In this document: positions 1 to 7,670 of the stretch, in pieces
Layout of the letters: the number at the start of each line of letters is the position of its first letter
Numbering within the stretch: position 1 is the stretch's first letter
From: a virus
Lineage: Duplodnaviria; Caudoviricetes
Virus record (IMG/VR): IMGVR_UViG_3300031473_000144
Location: 1-35,768 of that record
Length of the DNA: 35,768 nt
Direction: 5' to 3' (one strand)
Position numbers and translations under genes: made by a program
The notes under the pieces: generated by a model
Seen by the model: only the letters and a program-made list of their open reading frames with translations
Told to the model about the DNA's origin: nothing
Databases searched by the model: none

Positions 1-71
1 TCAGTCTACGGAGGACGCTGAACTTTGCGGGGTGAACAGGGCGATGCACTCCACGTGGTGGGTCATCGGGA
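1..71 (-). pseudogene. Displaced 3' end of host TrmA/RlmD-family RNA (uracil-5)-methyltransferase gene, including probable att core (left prophage junction)
   Basis: The minus strand reads ..(T)C CCG ATG ACC CAC CAC GTG GAG TGC ATC GCC CTG = PMTHHVECIALFTPQSSASSVD*, matching the family C-terminal FPxTxHVE motif. Similarity stops abruptly at about 71, just downstream of the integrase. Confidence 0.8.
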
Positions 72-132
72 CTACGTGCCCTTCGGCTCCGGTGCTGGTC
101 AGCAGCTCGCAGCCCCCGCGGGTGCCGTGCTC

Positions 133-151
133 GTGCGTCACTGGTGCGTCA
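133..151. repeat. Paired GTGCGTCA direct repeats, candidate integrase arm-type sites
   Basis: GTGCGTCA at 133-140 and 144-151 (11-bp period), overlapping the int stop codon and about 60 bp from the att core. Confidence 0.55.
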
Positions 152-1193
152 TGGTAGACCACGCGCTGGTCACCGCGGCGTGGTTGTCAGGCGCCAGATG
201 CGCGTACCGAATGGTCATCTGGATGCTGGAGTGGCCGAGCTGCCGGGCGACCTCGAGCAGCGGCACCCCGGCCTGCACGAGCCACGACGCGGCGGTGTGC
301 CGGCACGTGTGCGGCGTGCCGTGCCGGATCCCCGCCGCCGACTTCGCGGCCTCGAACATCACTCGCCAGTTCGCGCCGGACAGCGGCCGCGCCTGCCGTC
401 GGGTGGTGAACACCAGGTCATCATCGCCCCGACCGTCGACGAGCACGCTGATCTGCTCGCCGAGCCACCCGGGGATGGGAACCTCCCGCACCGAACTCTT
501 CGTCTTCGGCCACTCCTTGATCCCGTCGACCTGGCTCATGGCCCGGCGGACGTGCACGACGCTGCGCAGGGCGTCGATGTCTCGCACGCGGAGTCCGGCG
601 GCCTCCCCCCACCGGAGTCCGGCCCAGCACATGAGCCGTGTCATCACCTGGTCGGGGTGGTGGCGCATGGCGGCGCAGAGGGCGTCGACCTCGGCGTGGC
701 TGAACCAGTCGGGAAGCTTCTCCCGGGTCGGCGGGGGGCTCACAGTGCGGGCAGCGTTCGCCGAGACGACACCTTCGATGACAGCACCCTCGAGGAGCAC
801 CTTTAGGTAGTCCAGGGCCTTCGCGGTGGCCACGGGCCGGGCGCCGGCGTCGAGCCGTGCGCGGACCCAGGTGGCGACCTGTGCCCGCCCGAGCTGGCGC
901 AGCGGCACGTCGGCGAACGTGGCCTGCAGGTGGTTCTCCCACGAGGACCGGTCTCGACGGCCGGTTTCGGGCTCGACGACGCGACCGGCGGACCATTCGG
1001 CCTGCCATTGTCCGACGGTGAGCGCTCGCCGGGTGGGCTCGGTGTACTCCCCGCGGTGGGCGGCTGTCTCGGTCTCCTTCGCCCAAGCGGTGACGACGGC
1101 CTTCAGCGGGTCGGTACGGGTGATGCGGCGCCCGTCGGGTAGGCGGACCGTGGCCTGCCACAGCCGGGATGGCAGCCGCCGATAGGAGGCCAC
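138..1193 (-). CDS. int: Tyrosine integrase
   Basis: GLRWGEA (R), PKT (K), HTCRH (HxxR) and LGHSSIQMTIRYAH (H, Y) catalytic motifs, plus an N-terminal arm-binding region. Confidence 0.97.
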   Translation of the reverse strand: MASYRRLPSRLWQATVRLPDGRRITRTDPLKAVVTAWAKETETAAHRGEYTEPTRRALTVGQWQAEWSAGRVVEPETGRRDRSSWENHLQATFADVPLRQLGRAQVATWVRARLDAGARPVATAKALDYLKVLLEGAVIEGVVSANAARTVSPPPTREKLPDWFSHAEVDALCAAMRHHPDQVMTRLMCWAGLRWGEAAGLRVRDIDALRSVVHVRRAMSQVDGIKEWPKTKSSVREVPIPGWLGEQISVLVDGRGDDDLVFTTRRQARPLSGANWRVMFEAAKSAAGIRHGTPHTCRHTAASWLVQAGVPLLEVARQLGHSSIQMTIRYAHLAPDNHAAVTSAWSTMTHQ

Positions 1194-1217
1194 GTCAGCC
1201 AGCCTGCTGCTCGGTGC

Positions 1218-1643
1218 TCATCGGGACCTTTCCTCCAGCTTGTCGTCGATCCAGTGCCGTTCTTCGTCGGTGAGCCCGCGTACCCGCACCAGCAGTGCCA
1301 CCGGGTCCACCTGCAGCTCGTCGGGGTCGGGTTCGCCCTGTCCCCACTGGATCGCGTCCAGTAGCTCGTCGAGCGGCATGAGCCGCTCGGCGGCCTGCTG
1401 CTCCACCTGCAGCTCGTGCCCGGCAAGGTGCGCCCGGCTCATCCCGCACGTCTCCCCGCGCTCGAGGTGCACGAGCTCGTGGGCGATGGTGCTGCGCCGC
1501 TGCGCCTGGGTGAGCCCGGGTCGGATCCCGAGTCCGGCCCGGTGCCACCACCCCAGGACTCCGCCGGGGACAGGCACGTGGAACGTGACGTGGACGTCGG
1601 GGTGCTCGTCGCGGAGGTGACGCCAGGGGTGGTAGCGGGGCAT
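1218..1643 (-). CDS. ImmA/IrrE-family metallopeptidase (anti-repressor)
   Basis: RRSTIAHELVH HExxH motif with downstream E..A..LMP. The start is placed at ATG 1643 (MPRYHPW); 1655 is an alternative. Confidence 0.88.
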   Translation of the reverse strand: MPRYHPWRHLRDEHPDVHVTFHVPVPGGVLGWWHRAGLGIRPGLTQAQRRSTIAHELVHLERGETCGMSRAHLAGHELQVEQQAAERLMPLDELLDAIQWGQGEPDPDELQVDPVALLVRVRGLTDEERHWIDDKLEERSR

Positions 1644-1650
1644 GAACCGA

Positions 1651-1672
1651 ACCATGCGGACATACCCCGACG
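1651..1672 (-). promoter_or_regulatory. PafBC (RecA-NDp)-like promoter for immA, probably leaderless
   Basis: Minus strand CGTCGG-N10-CATGGT-N7-ATG versus consensus TGTCGG-N10-TANNNT (2 mismatches). Confidence 0.45.
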
Positions 1673-1684
1673 AAACGTCCCCGC

Positions 1685-2308
1685 TTAGCCCAACGTCGCC
1701 CGGAAGGCCCCAGAGGTGGCTTGCTTGGCGCTCACAGTGATCTTGCCGCGGCGACCGACCTCCACCTGGTAGAAGTCCGACCCCTTCGGCACCTTGTACA
1801 CCCGCACCTCGAACCTGCAGCTGAGCAGAAGGGGAGGGCCTCCACCGGAGAGTTCCGTTCCGCGGCCCTCACTGGACTCGAGAGATCCGGTTGCGACGAT
1901 CTTCCCGCCAGCGTCGTAGACAGTGACGCCGAGCCCGACGCTGAGGTCGTTATAGCCGCCGGTGCCGTAGCAATCAGTCGCGGTGCCACGGATGCCGGAG
2001 TCGGAGAGCGTGATCCCCCCGGACAGCGTGAAGGTAGCGTCCTGTGCAGCGGGCGTTGACGTGAGGTCAGCCGCATCCTGTAGCGGGCTAGTCCCCCGCT
2101 CCGAGGGGTTTTGCTTCGTCGCATCCACTGCCACCCCGACGCCGATCGCCAACGCGCCAAGCACGCCGGCGGCGATCCACTGCTTCTTGCTTCGCCAATT
2201 CGACGACGCCGGGGGCCGGTCACGCGCGGCCGCCTGCCGGCGCTCGCTGAGCTCGCGGCGCGCCCGCGCCTCGTCGTCCTCCGGAACCTCTGGCGGTGTG
2301 CTGGTCAT
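1685..2308 (-). CDS. Single-pass membrane protein with extracytoplasmic Cys-containing beta domain
   Basis: RBS GAGGAGGAG, a charged N-terminus, a TM segment WIAAGVLGALAIGVGVAV, and two Cys (DCYGTGGY, LSCRFEV). Confidence 0.8.
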   Translation of the reverse strand: MTSTPPEVPEDDEARARRELSERRQAAARDRPPASSNWRSKKQWIAAGVLGALAIGVGVAVDATKQNPSERGTSPLQDAADLTSTPAAQDATFTLSGGITLSDSGIRGTATDCYGTGGYNDLSVGLGVTVYDAGGKIVATGSLESSEGRGTELSGGGPPLLLSCRFEVRVYKVPKGSDFYQVEVGRRGKITVSAKQATSGAFRATLG

Positions 2309-2322
2309 CTACTCCTCCTCGC

Positions 2323-2350
2323 GCTGTTCATGCCCCGTGTTCGGGACCCG
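2323..2350 (+). repeat. 28-bp direct repeat, copy 1
   Basis: GCTGTTCATGCCCCGTGTTCGGGACCCG, 26/28 identical to 2929-2956. Confidence 0.9.
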
Positions 2351-2911
2351 TCACTGCTCGGCGCTGACGAGCGCGCCGATTAGCGAGTTAATCTGTATCC
2401 CACCGATGGTGAGCATGGCCGTCGAGCACTGGAGTTTGCTGGCACCGTCAGCCGGAGCCCCGGCGTAGCAGCGCAGTGAGGCGTATTTGGCCGAGGCGTC
2501 GTTGGAGACGTTGATCGCCGCGAGCGCCTGCGCGTACCTGCCCGGGCCGCCCGGTGCGGAGCTGATGGCCTCTTTTACCTTGATCTCAAGCTTCACGATC
2601 GCGGTCAGCCTGGCGGCGCACACGGAGCCGAACGCCAGGTCCGGATTGCCGCACGGTCCGGTGCCTGTCGGGTCTACCTTCAGCGCGGTGAGCTGTGCCG
2701 TGTAAGCGTTGGCGATGCTCGCGACGGCGGTCGCTGATGCGGTGTTCGACGTCGGTCTGGACGTCGTCGCAGGAGCGGCTGTGGTTGATGTGGTCGTGGT
2801 AGCCGGCGCTACCGTCGTTGCAGTCGCCGGCGGCCCAGCCGCGTCCGAGCCGGAGCAGCCCGCCGTGAGCGCCACCACCGCAGCGGCAGCAGCCGCGATC
2901 ATTCGCTTCAT
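2351..2911 (-). CDS. Lipoprotein with Thr/Ala-rich linker and 4-Cys helical domain
   Basis: Start MKRMIAAAAAAVVALTAGC (signal peptide plus lipobox) after RBS GGGGAG. The longer 378-aa ORF call overlaps the repressor. Confidence 0.85.
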   Translation of the reverse strand: MKRMIAAAAAAVVALTAGCSGSDAAGPPATATTVAPATTTTSTTAAPATTSRPTSNTASATAVASIANAYTAQLTALKVDPTGTGPCGNPDLAFGSVCAARLTAIVKLEIKVKEAISSAPGGPGRYAQALAAINVSNDASAKYASLRCYAGAPADGASKLQCSTAMLTIGGIQINSLIGALVSAEQ

Positions 2912-2928
2912 CTTCGTCTCCCCGTTGA

Positions 2929-2956
2929 GCTGTTCATGCCCCGTCGTCGGGACCCG
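2929..2956 (+). repeat. 28-bp direct repeat, copy 2 (spans repressor stop codon)
   Basis: GCTGTTCATGCCCCGTCGTCGGGACCCG. Confidence 0.9.
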
Positions 2957-3542
2957 GGTCGTCCGGTCGTTCTGCATCCCTGTCGGCCGCTTTGCGCATT
3001 GTGTCCGCTGTGCTCTCGCCGCGCCGAGCGGCGCGGCCGATTCCTGCGTCGTACTCGTCTTGCTGGCGCTGGCGGAACCGGCGCTCAGCCAGCGCATCGA
3101 ACCGTTCGAAGCCTCCGAGGAAGCGCTCGTAGCGCGCATCCTCGTCCACCTTGGTGGCTCGCGAGCCCGCGTCCCAGCCGGCCGTCGACACCCCGGGGTC
3201 GAGCAGCGCGCGGATGACCGTGATGACGGCGGCGCGCTGCTTCGGGGTGAGCTTGTCAGCCTCGGGCGGCAGCTCGTCGGCGAAGGGTCGGTTGCTGACG
3301 ATTTCGCCAGCAGCGGCGTAGGCCACCGCCGGCGCAACGCCGGCGAGCCAGGCGAAGGCATCCAAGGTTGCCTTGCCCGGACGGCTCCGATAGGTACCGG
3401 CCAGGATGTGGTTGATCGTCGTGCTCGCGATGGTGAAGCCTGCATCGGTCGCCTTACGTGCGAGCTCTCGACCGGATGCGCCTTCATGGCGCGCCACTGC
3501 GGTGGTCGCGAGGTCGTATAGGGACCTCGGCTGCTCGTTCAC
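2934..3542 (-). CDS. Immunity repressor (N-terminal HTH)
   Basis: SGRELARKA..TIASTTINHILAG HTH-like region, RBS GGGAGG, divergent from the Cro-like gene, no S24 autoprotease domain. Confidence 0.8.
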   Translation of the reverse strand: MNEQPRSLYDLATTAVARHEGASGRELARKATDAGFTIASTTINHILAGTYRSRPGKATLDAFAWLAGVAPAVAYAAAGEIVSNRPFADELPPEADKLTPKQRAAVITVIRALLDPGVSTAGWDAGSRATKVDEDARYERFLGGFERFDALAERRFRQRQQDEYDAGIGRAARRGESTADTMRKAADRDAERPDDPGPDDGA

Positions 3543-3643
3543 GGCACGAACCTCCCTGACTACTGGTCGCTGGTTGAAGTCCCCGCGCCAGCACTCGAAA
3601 CAAGTAACTCGGCACCTTACGGGTGGCGTACTGGACTTTCTCC

Positions 3644-3682
3644 ACTCATCAACTTGACGAGTAATCGCGCATGACGCATGCT
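3644..3682 (+). promoter_or_regulatory. Early rightward promoter with overlapping palindromic operator
   Basis: TTGACG(3654-3659)-17bp-CATGCT(3677-3682). An imperfect palindrome ACTCATCAA-C-TTGACGAGT (3644-3662) covers the -35. Confidence 0.65.
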
Positions 3683-3713
3683 TCGCTTGTCATTCCGACG
3701 ACAGAGGAGCACA

Positions 3714-4031
3714 GTGGCGAATCTCAGACGACGACCCCCACGACGACGACGGGAGATCTGGATGCGCGTCAGGCAACCGGACCAGGTCAGACGCTGGCGC
3801 AAGCAGCGGCGCTACTCGCAGCGCGAGCTTGCGATGCTCTGTCGCTGCAGCCAGTCGGCCATCCACCTCATCGAGACCGGGCAGCTCCGCAACCTCACCG
3901 AGGACCTGGCCATGAACATCGCCAGCCGTCTCGACGTGCCGTGGGAGGACCTCTTCGAAGAGCGCGAGGCTGTGCCTGTGCCCGCTGCGACAAGTGGTGC
4001 TCACTCCATGTCTCAGAAGGTCCCCGCGTGA
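3714..4031 (+). CDS. Cro-like XRE HTH protein
   Basis: YSQRELAMLCRCSQSAIHLIETG HTH_3 motif; GTG start after GAGGAG (ATG 3762 is an alternative). Confidence 0.88.
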   Translation: MANLRRRPPRRRREIWMRVRQPDQVRRWRKQRRYSQRELAMLCRCSQSAIHLIETGQLRNLTEDLAMNIASRLDVPWEDLFEEREAVPVPAATSGAHSMSQKVPA

Positions 4032-4234
4032 CCACCGTCCCCCGTGCCCTGTCGGTGGCGAACGCGGCGAAGCACCTCGACTGCGGCCGCACCCACGTCT
4101 ACGACCTGATCGCCGCGGGCGAGTTGCGGTCCTTCGACGCGGGGATCGGCCGGGTCATGACCCGGATCCCGGTGGCGGAGCTGGAGAAGTACATGGAACG
4201 CCGCTTGCGCTCCGCGCCGGCGCGCACGGCCTGA
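4028..4234 (+). CDS. xis: Excisionase-family HTH_17 protein
   Basis: LSVANAAKHLDCGRTHVYDLIAAGELRS..TRIP; GTGA overlap with the cro stop. Confidence 0.85.
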   Translation: MTTVPRALSVANAAKHLDCGRTHVYDLIAAGELRSFDAGIGRVMTRIPVAELEKYMERRLRSAPARTA

Positions 4235-4256
4235 CCCGATCGCATCCACGAGAGAA

Positions 4257-4281
4257 CCCCCGCGCGCGCGAACGCCGGGGG
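4257..4281 (+). terminator. GC-rich stem-loop after xis
   Basis: CCCCCG-c-GCG/CGCGAA loop/CGC-CGGGGG; no U-tract. Confidence 0.35.
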
Positions 4282-4304
4282 CACGACCCACCAGGAGGAA
4301 TCTG

Positions 4305-4601
4305 ATGAGCACCACCGAGGTTGCCACACACCAGCCGCGCGAGGGGCGCACCGTCCCGTGCGACGGGTGCAGTCGCCCGACGCTGAACGTGCATCGTGTG
4401 TGCCGGGCGTGCGACGCCCGCGCCGCTATCAGCGAGCTGAGTGCGACGTGCGAACGGTGCGCGGGCGACCCGATCGCGGCGGTGTGGCCCGAGCACGCGC
4501 CGGAACCGCAGTGGTCCGACGACGCCGGGGTGCGGCTGACTTGGTCGCCGGCCGCGCACGCACCTGGCGGGGGCCACGGCCGAACGCGGGTGACCGCGTG
4601 A
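4305..4601 (+). CDS. Hypothetical Cys-rich (Zn-binding) protein
   Basis: RBS AGGAGG; three CxxC pairs. Confidence 0.7.
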   Translation: MSTTEVATHQPREGRTVPCDGCSRPTLNVHRVCRACDARAAISELSATCERCAGDPIAAVWPEHAPEPQWSDDAGVRLTWSPAAHAPGGGHGRTRVTA

Positions 4602-4969
4602 TGAGCGACCTTCTCCGCGTGCTCGACGAGGTCGCGGTCGAGCGTGAGCGTCAGGACGCGCGGTGGGGTGAGCAGAACTACCCCGATGTGGTGGGTACGT
4701 GGCTGTCCCACCCGTCGAAAGTGTTGAGCGTCCTCGCCACGGCGGAGGCCCACCTGCTGCCATCGGCGTCGGCCGCCCGCACGATCTGCAACCTGGCTTT
4801 CGGCGAGGACGTGGGCGCGTGGGCGCACATCGCCGTCGAGGAGCTCGCCGAGGCGGTCGAGGCGGCCGCGCTCGGTGACACCGCCGCGCTGCGCACCGAG
4901 CTGGTGCAGACCGCGGCCGTGCTGGTCGCGTGGATCCAGGCGATAGACCGTCGGGCGGTGTCCTCGTGA
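4601..4969 (+). CDS. MazG-like all-alpha NTP pyrophosphohydrolase-fold protein
   Basis: ERERQDARWGEQN..EELAEAVEA..LRTELVQTAAVLVAWI pattern; TGATG coupling to the upstream gene. Confidence 0.6.
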   Translation: MSDLLRVLDEVAVERERQDARWGEQNYPDVVGTWLSHPSKVLSVLATAEAHLLPSASAARTICNLAFGEDVGAWAHIAVEELAEAVEAAALGDTAALRTELVQTAAVLVAWIQAIDRRAVSS

Positions 4970-4999
4970 GCCGCCCAGAAGACGGCCCGCGCCGTCATC

Positions 5000-5230
5000 T
5001 TGGGTGTTGTCCAGGACCACATGTGGGACTACGACACGCAAGCGTGCGCCTGCGGCAAGCGCCGCGGCGCTGCCGGGCACGTTGCCGACGAGGCCCTCAC
5101 CGCCCTACGCGACGCCGGTCTCGTCGCGGTCGACCGCACCGACCTTGCCGCCGTCCTCGGATCCTGGGGCACCGAGCTCGGCGACCAGCACGACGTCGAC
5201 GCGGCCGCCCGTCTGGCGTGTGCGTTGTGA
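5000..5230 (+). CDS. Hypothetical protein (CxCG..H), start uncertain
   Basis: High-GC3 frame whose stop overlaps the next GTG; ATG 5021 is an alternative start. Confidence 0.55.
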   Translation: MGVVQDHMWDYDTQACACGKRRGAAGHVADEALTALRDAGLVAVDRTDLAAVLGSWGTELGDQHDVDAAARLACAL

Positions 5231-5874
5231 GGTACCAGACCGAGGCGCTGGCCCGCTGGCCGCACCCCGAGACCACGGATCGCCGCAGCGCTCTTTCCTT
5301 CCGTGCAAGTCACAAGGAGACCCTGCAGCTGCTCGACACCGAGCTTGAGCATCTGGGTTGCACCGGTACCCCCGTGATCGGCGTCGTGACCGGCAACCCA
5401 GGTGACGTCCGGCTAGACGGCATGCTGCGGGCCAAGGCGCGCATCGAGCACCCCGGTGTGCAGCTCGCGGTCGTCACGGCTAGCGGACCCCGCTCGTGGG
5501 CAACCGACACCTACGAGCGGCAGTACAGCCACGGCCTGGAATCCTGGCAGGCCAACCTCCGCGCGATCGCCCTCACCCTCGAAGCGCTCCGGGCTGTCGG
5601 TCGGTGGGGCGCCGCGCAGGGCCAGCAGTACGCCGGGTTCCGGGCGATCGAGGGTCCGGGCGGGAACGCGCCGTCGGCGGTGCCCGGCTTCGCCTCGGCG
5701 GACGATGCGGTGCGCTGGCTGCTCGAGCTAACCGGCGAGTCCGCTCTCGTCAGCAACCGGAACGTGCTGCGCGCGGCGAAGCGCGCCCACCACCCCGACG
5801 TTGGCGGTGACCCGGCGGTCTGGGCGCGCATCGACGTAGCGGAATCCGTGCTCCGTGACGGCGGCCTGCTGTGA
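5227..5874 (+). CDS. Phage protein with C-terminal truncated J (DnaJ) domain
   Basis: WQANLRAIALTLEALRAVGRWG core and C-terminal AAKRAHHPDVGGDP..W..I (HPD motif); GTGA overlap at the start. Confidence 0.8.
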   Translation: MRYQTEALARWPHPETTDRRSALSFRASHKETLQLLDTELEHLGCTGTPVIGVVTGNPGDVRLDGMLRAKARIEHPGVQLAVVTASGPRSWATDTYERQYSHGLESWQANLRAIALTLEALRAVGRWGAAQGQQYAGFRAIEGPGGNAPSAVPGFASADDAVRWLLELTGESALVSNRNVLRAAKRAHHPDVGGDPAVWARIDVAESVLRDGGLL

Positions 5875-6077
5875 CGGCCTGGGCGCTGCTCGTCGTGCTG
5901 CTCGCCACCACCGGCGCCGTGTGGTGGCTGTGCTTCCTCGTGCTGTCCCTGCTGATCGCCTCCGAAGTGCTGGCCGACCGCAGTCGCCAGGCCCGCCGTG
6001 ACGACCACACCCCCGACCTCGATCAGTGGGCCGACGAGCTCGCAGCCATGAACCAGGAGAGGACTGACAGACCGTGA
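5871..6077 (+). CDS. Small membrane protein
   Basis: Long hydrophobic N-terminus; 4-bp overlaps at both ends. Confidence 0.7.
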   Translation: MTAWALLVVLLATTGAVWWLCFLVLSLLIASEVLADRSRQARRDDHTPDLDQWADELAAMNQERTDRP

Positions 6078-6346
6078 TTAGCGCCCGCGAGCAGCTCATA
6101 ACCGCCGTGGTCGATACGGGCGGCGCCGCCGTGTGCATGTGCGACCACCCGGCCCGGGATCACCTTCACCGCGACGAGAGCGCGACGTACTGCGGCTGGT
6201 CGTCGACGTGCACGTGCCCGTGGTTCGAGGACGGCAGCCTGCCCGTCGTCGACGTCGGCCCGCTGTGGCGCGTGGTCGCCGCGCTGGCGTGCTTCGTCAG
6301 CGGCGCCGTGCTCGCCGCTGCGTACTGGTGGGCGGTGAACCGGTGA
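6074..6346 (+). CDS. Small Cys/His-rich protein with C-terminal TM helix
   Basis: CxCxH..H..C..CxC followed by VVAALACFVSGAVLAAAYWW; coupled overlaps. Confidence 0.7.
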   Translation: MISAREQLITAVVDTGGAAVCMCDHPARDHLHRDESATYCGWSSTCTCPWFEDGSLPVVDVGPLWRVVAALACFVSGAVLAAAYWWAVNR

Positions 6347-6867
6347 GGGGTTTCCACACGGGCAAGAGCGCGCCGAAGCCCGCGCCGCTCGTCGGGCCGA
6401 TGATCTTCCAGCTCGGCGCCTACGTGACACCGCTGGCCTCACACGAGCTCGCACTCCGATGCCGCGTGTGCAGCGAGGTGTTCCGCAGCAGCGAGGACGG
6501 CGAGACCCACGGACTGCTCCGCGCGCACTGGACGACCGGGCACGCCGAGGCCCTAGCCGTGCTCGCGCCGAAGCCCGCGCCGAAGCCCGCCTCAATCCCG
6601 GTCGAGAAGGCAGCCACGCTGCGCTTCAACGGTCTGGGCCGTGTCACTCCGGCGGCCCCCGGGCGACCAGCCCGGGTGCCGTGCACCACCGTGTTGCGGC
6701 AGGGCGCGCGAGCGGGGCAGACCTGTAACCGCCCAGTCAAGGCCTCGATCGGTCTGTGCGACAACCACGACCCGAGCCGCCACTCGCAGGCCGAGCAGCA
6801 ACGCAAGTACCGCCGTACACAACGCGAGCGCACGCCGGACTGCCTACCCACCACCCAGGAGAGCTGA
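6343..6867 (+). CDS. Hypothetical protein with C2H2-like and C3H-like Zn motifs
   Basis: CRVC..HWTTGH and C..C..C..H; GTGA start overlap and TGATG end overlap. Confidence 0.65.
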   Translation: MRGFHTGKSAPKPAPLVGPMIFQLGAYVTPLASHELALRCRVCSEVFRSSEDGETHGLLRAHWTTGHAEALAVLAPKPAPKPASIPVEKAATLRFNGLGRVTPAAPGRPARVPCTTVLRQGARAGQTCNRPVKASIGLCDNHDPSRHSQAEQQRKYRRTQRERTPDCLPTTQES

Positions 6868-7670
6868 TGCCCGTCTTCGCACCACCCGTGCGCCGGAAGA
6901 ACCACGGCCGCGGCCACTCCTACGTCGACGCCAACGGGGCCAAGGTCCCCGGCGTCACCACCATCATCGGCGACGGAATCCCCAAACCCGCCCTGCTGAA
7001 CTGGGCTGCCAACACCACCGCCGAGTACGCCGTCGACCACTGGGACGAGCTCGGAGCGTTGCGCGGGACCGAGCGGCTCAAGCTGCTGCAGAAGGCCCGC
7101 TACGCCGACCGCGACGCCGCCGCGAACAAGGGCACCGCGGTGCACGCGCTCGCGGAGAAGCTCGCGCTCGGCGAAGAGATCACCGTCCCCGAGGAGCTGC
7201 GCGGCCACGTCGAGTCCTACGTGCGCTTCCTCGACGAGTGGGACGTGCAACCCGTGCTCGCCGAGGCCGTCATCGTCAGCCACAAGCACGGCTACGCCGG
7301 GACGCTCGACCTCATCGCCGACCTGGCCCACCCGTTCCGTGCGGGCGCCACCCAGCGCTGGCTACTCGACGTAAAGACCTCGAGGTCCGGCGTGTTCGGC
7401 GAGACCGCGCTGCAGCTCGCGGGCTACCGCTACGCCGATCGGTACGTCGACGACCAGGGCGAGGAGCAACCCGTACCGACCGTCGAGCGCACCGGAGTCA
7501 TCCACGTCCGCGCGGACGGGTACTCGCTCGTGCCCGTCGAGGCCGGCCATGTTCAGTTCCGGTCGCTGCTCTACGCCCAGCAGATCAAGGCCTTCTGTGA
7601 CGAGGCCCGCGACCTCGTCGGCGAGGCCCTCGAAGCCCCCCCACACACCACCGAGGAGAAGATCGCATGA
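6867..7670 (+). CDS. PD-(D/E)xK exonuclease (RecE/Cas4-like)
   Basis: VPGVTTII, GTAVH, YAGTLDLI, LDVKTS and LQLAGY motifs. Confidence 0.85.
   Translation: MPVFAPPVRRKNHGRGHSYVDANGAKVPGVTTIIGDGIPKPALLNWAANTTAEYAVDHWDELGALRGTERLKLLQKARYADRDAAANKGTAVHALAEKLALGEEITVPEELRGHVESYVRFLDEWDVQPVLAEAVIVSHKHGYAGTLDLIADLAHPFRAGATQRWLLDVKTSRSGVFGETALQLAGYRYADRYVDDQGEEQPVPTVERTGVIHVRADGYSLVPVEAGHVQFRSLLYAQQIKAFCDEARDLVGEALEAPPHTTEEKIA

Noticed and set aside
1-137. tRNA/tmRNA at the attachment site
   Set aside because: No cloverleaf or T-loop GTTCRA motif; the sequence translates as a methyltransferase C-terminus instead.
1636-1647. Inverted 12-bp match (GTTCATGCCCCG) to the 28-bp repeat, suggesting an invertible segment
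   Set aside because: It is short, GC-rich and coincides with the immA start codon, and no invertase is present. It may be chance.
2912-3487. N-terminal 192 aa of the 378-aa ORF 2351-3487
   Set aside because: Off-frame overlap with the repressor; the signal peptide and RBS place the true start at 2911.
4930-5226. N-terminal extension of the J-domain ORF, or stop readthrough/frameshift at 4966-4969
   Set aside because: The extension is Arg-rich shadow sequence over the 5000-5230 gene. That gene has usable starts (5000, 5021), so no recoding needs to be invoked.
6867-7670. Cas4 as part of a CRISPR system
   Set aside because: It lacks the Fe-S cysteines and is paired with a RecT-like gene, so it is a recombination exonuclease.
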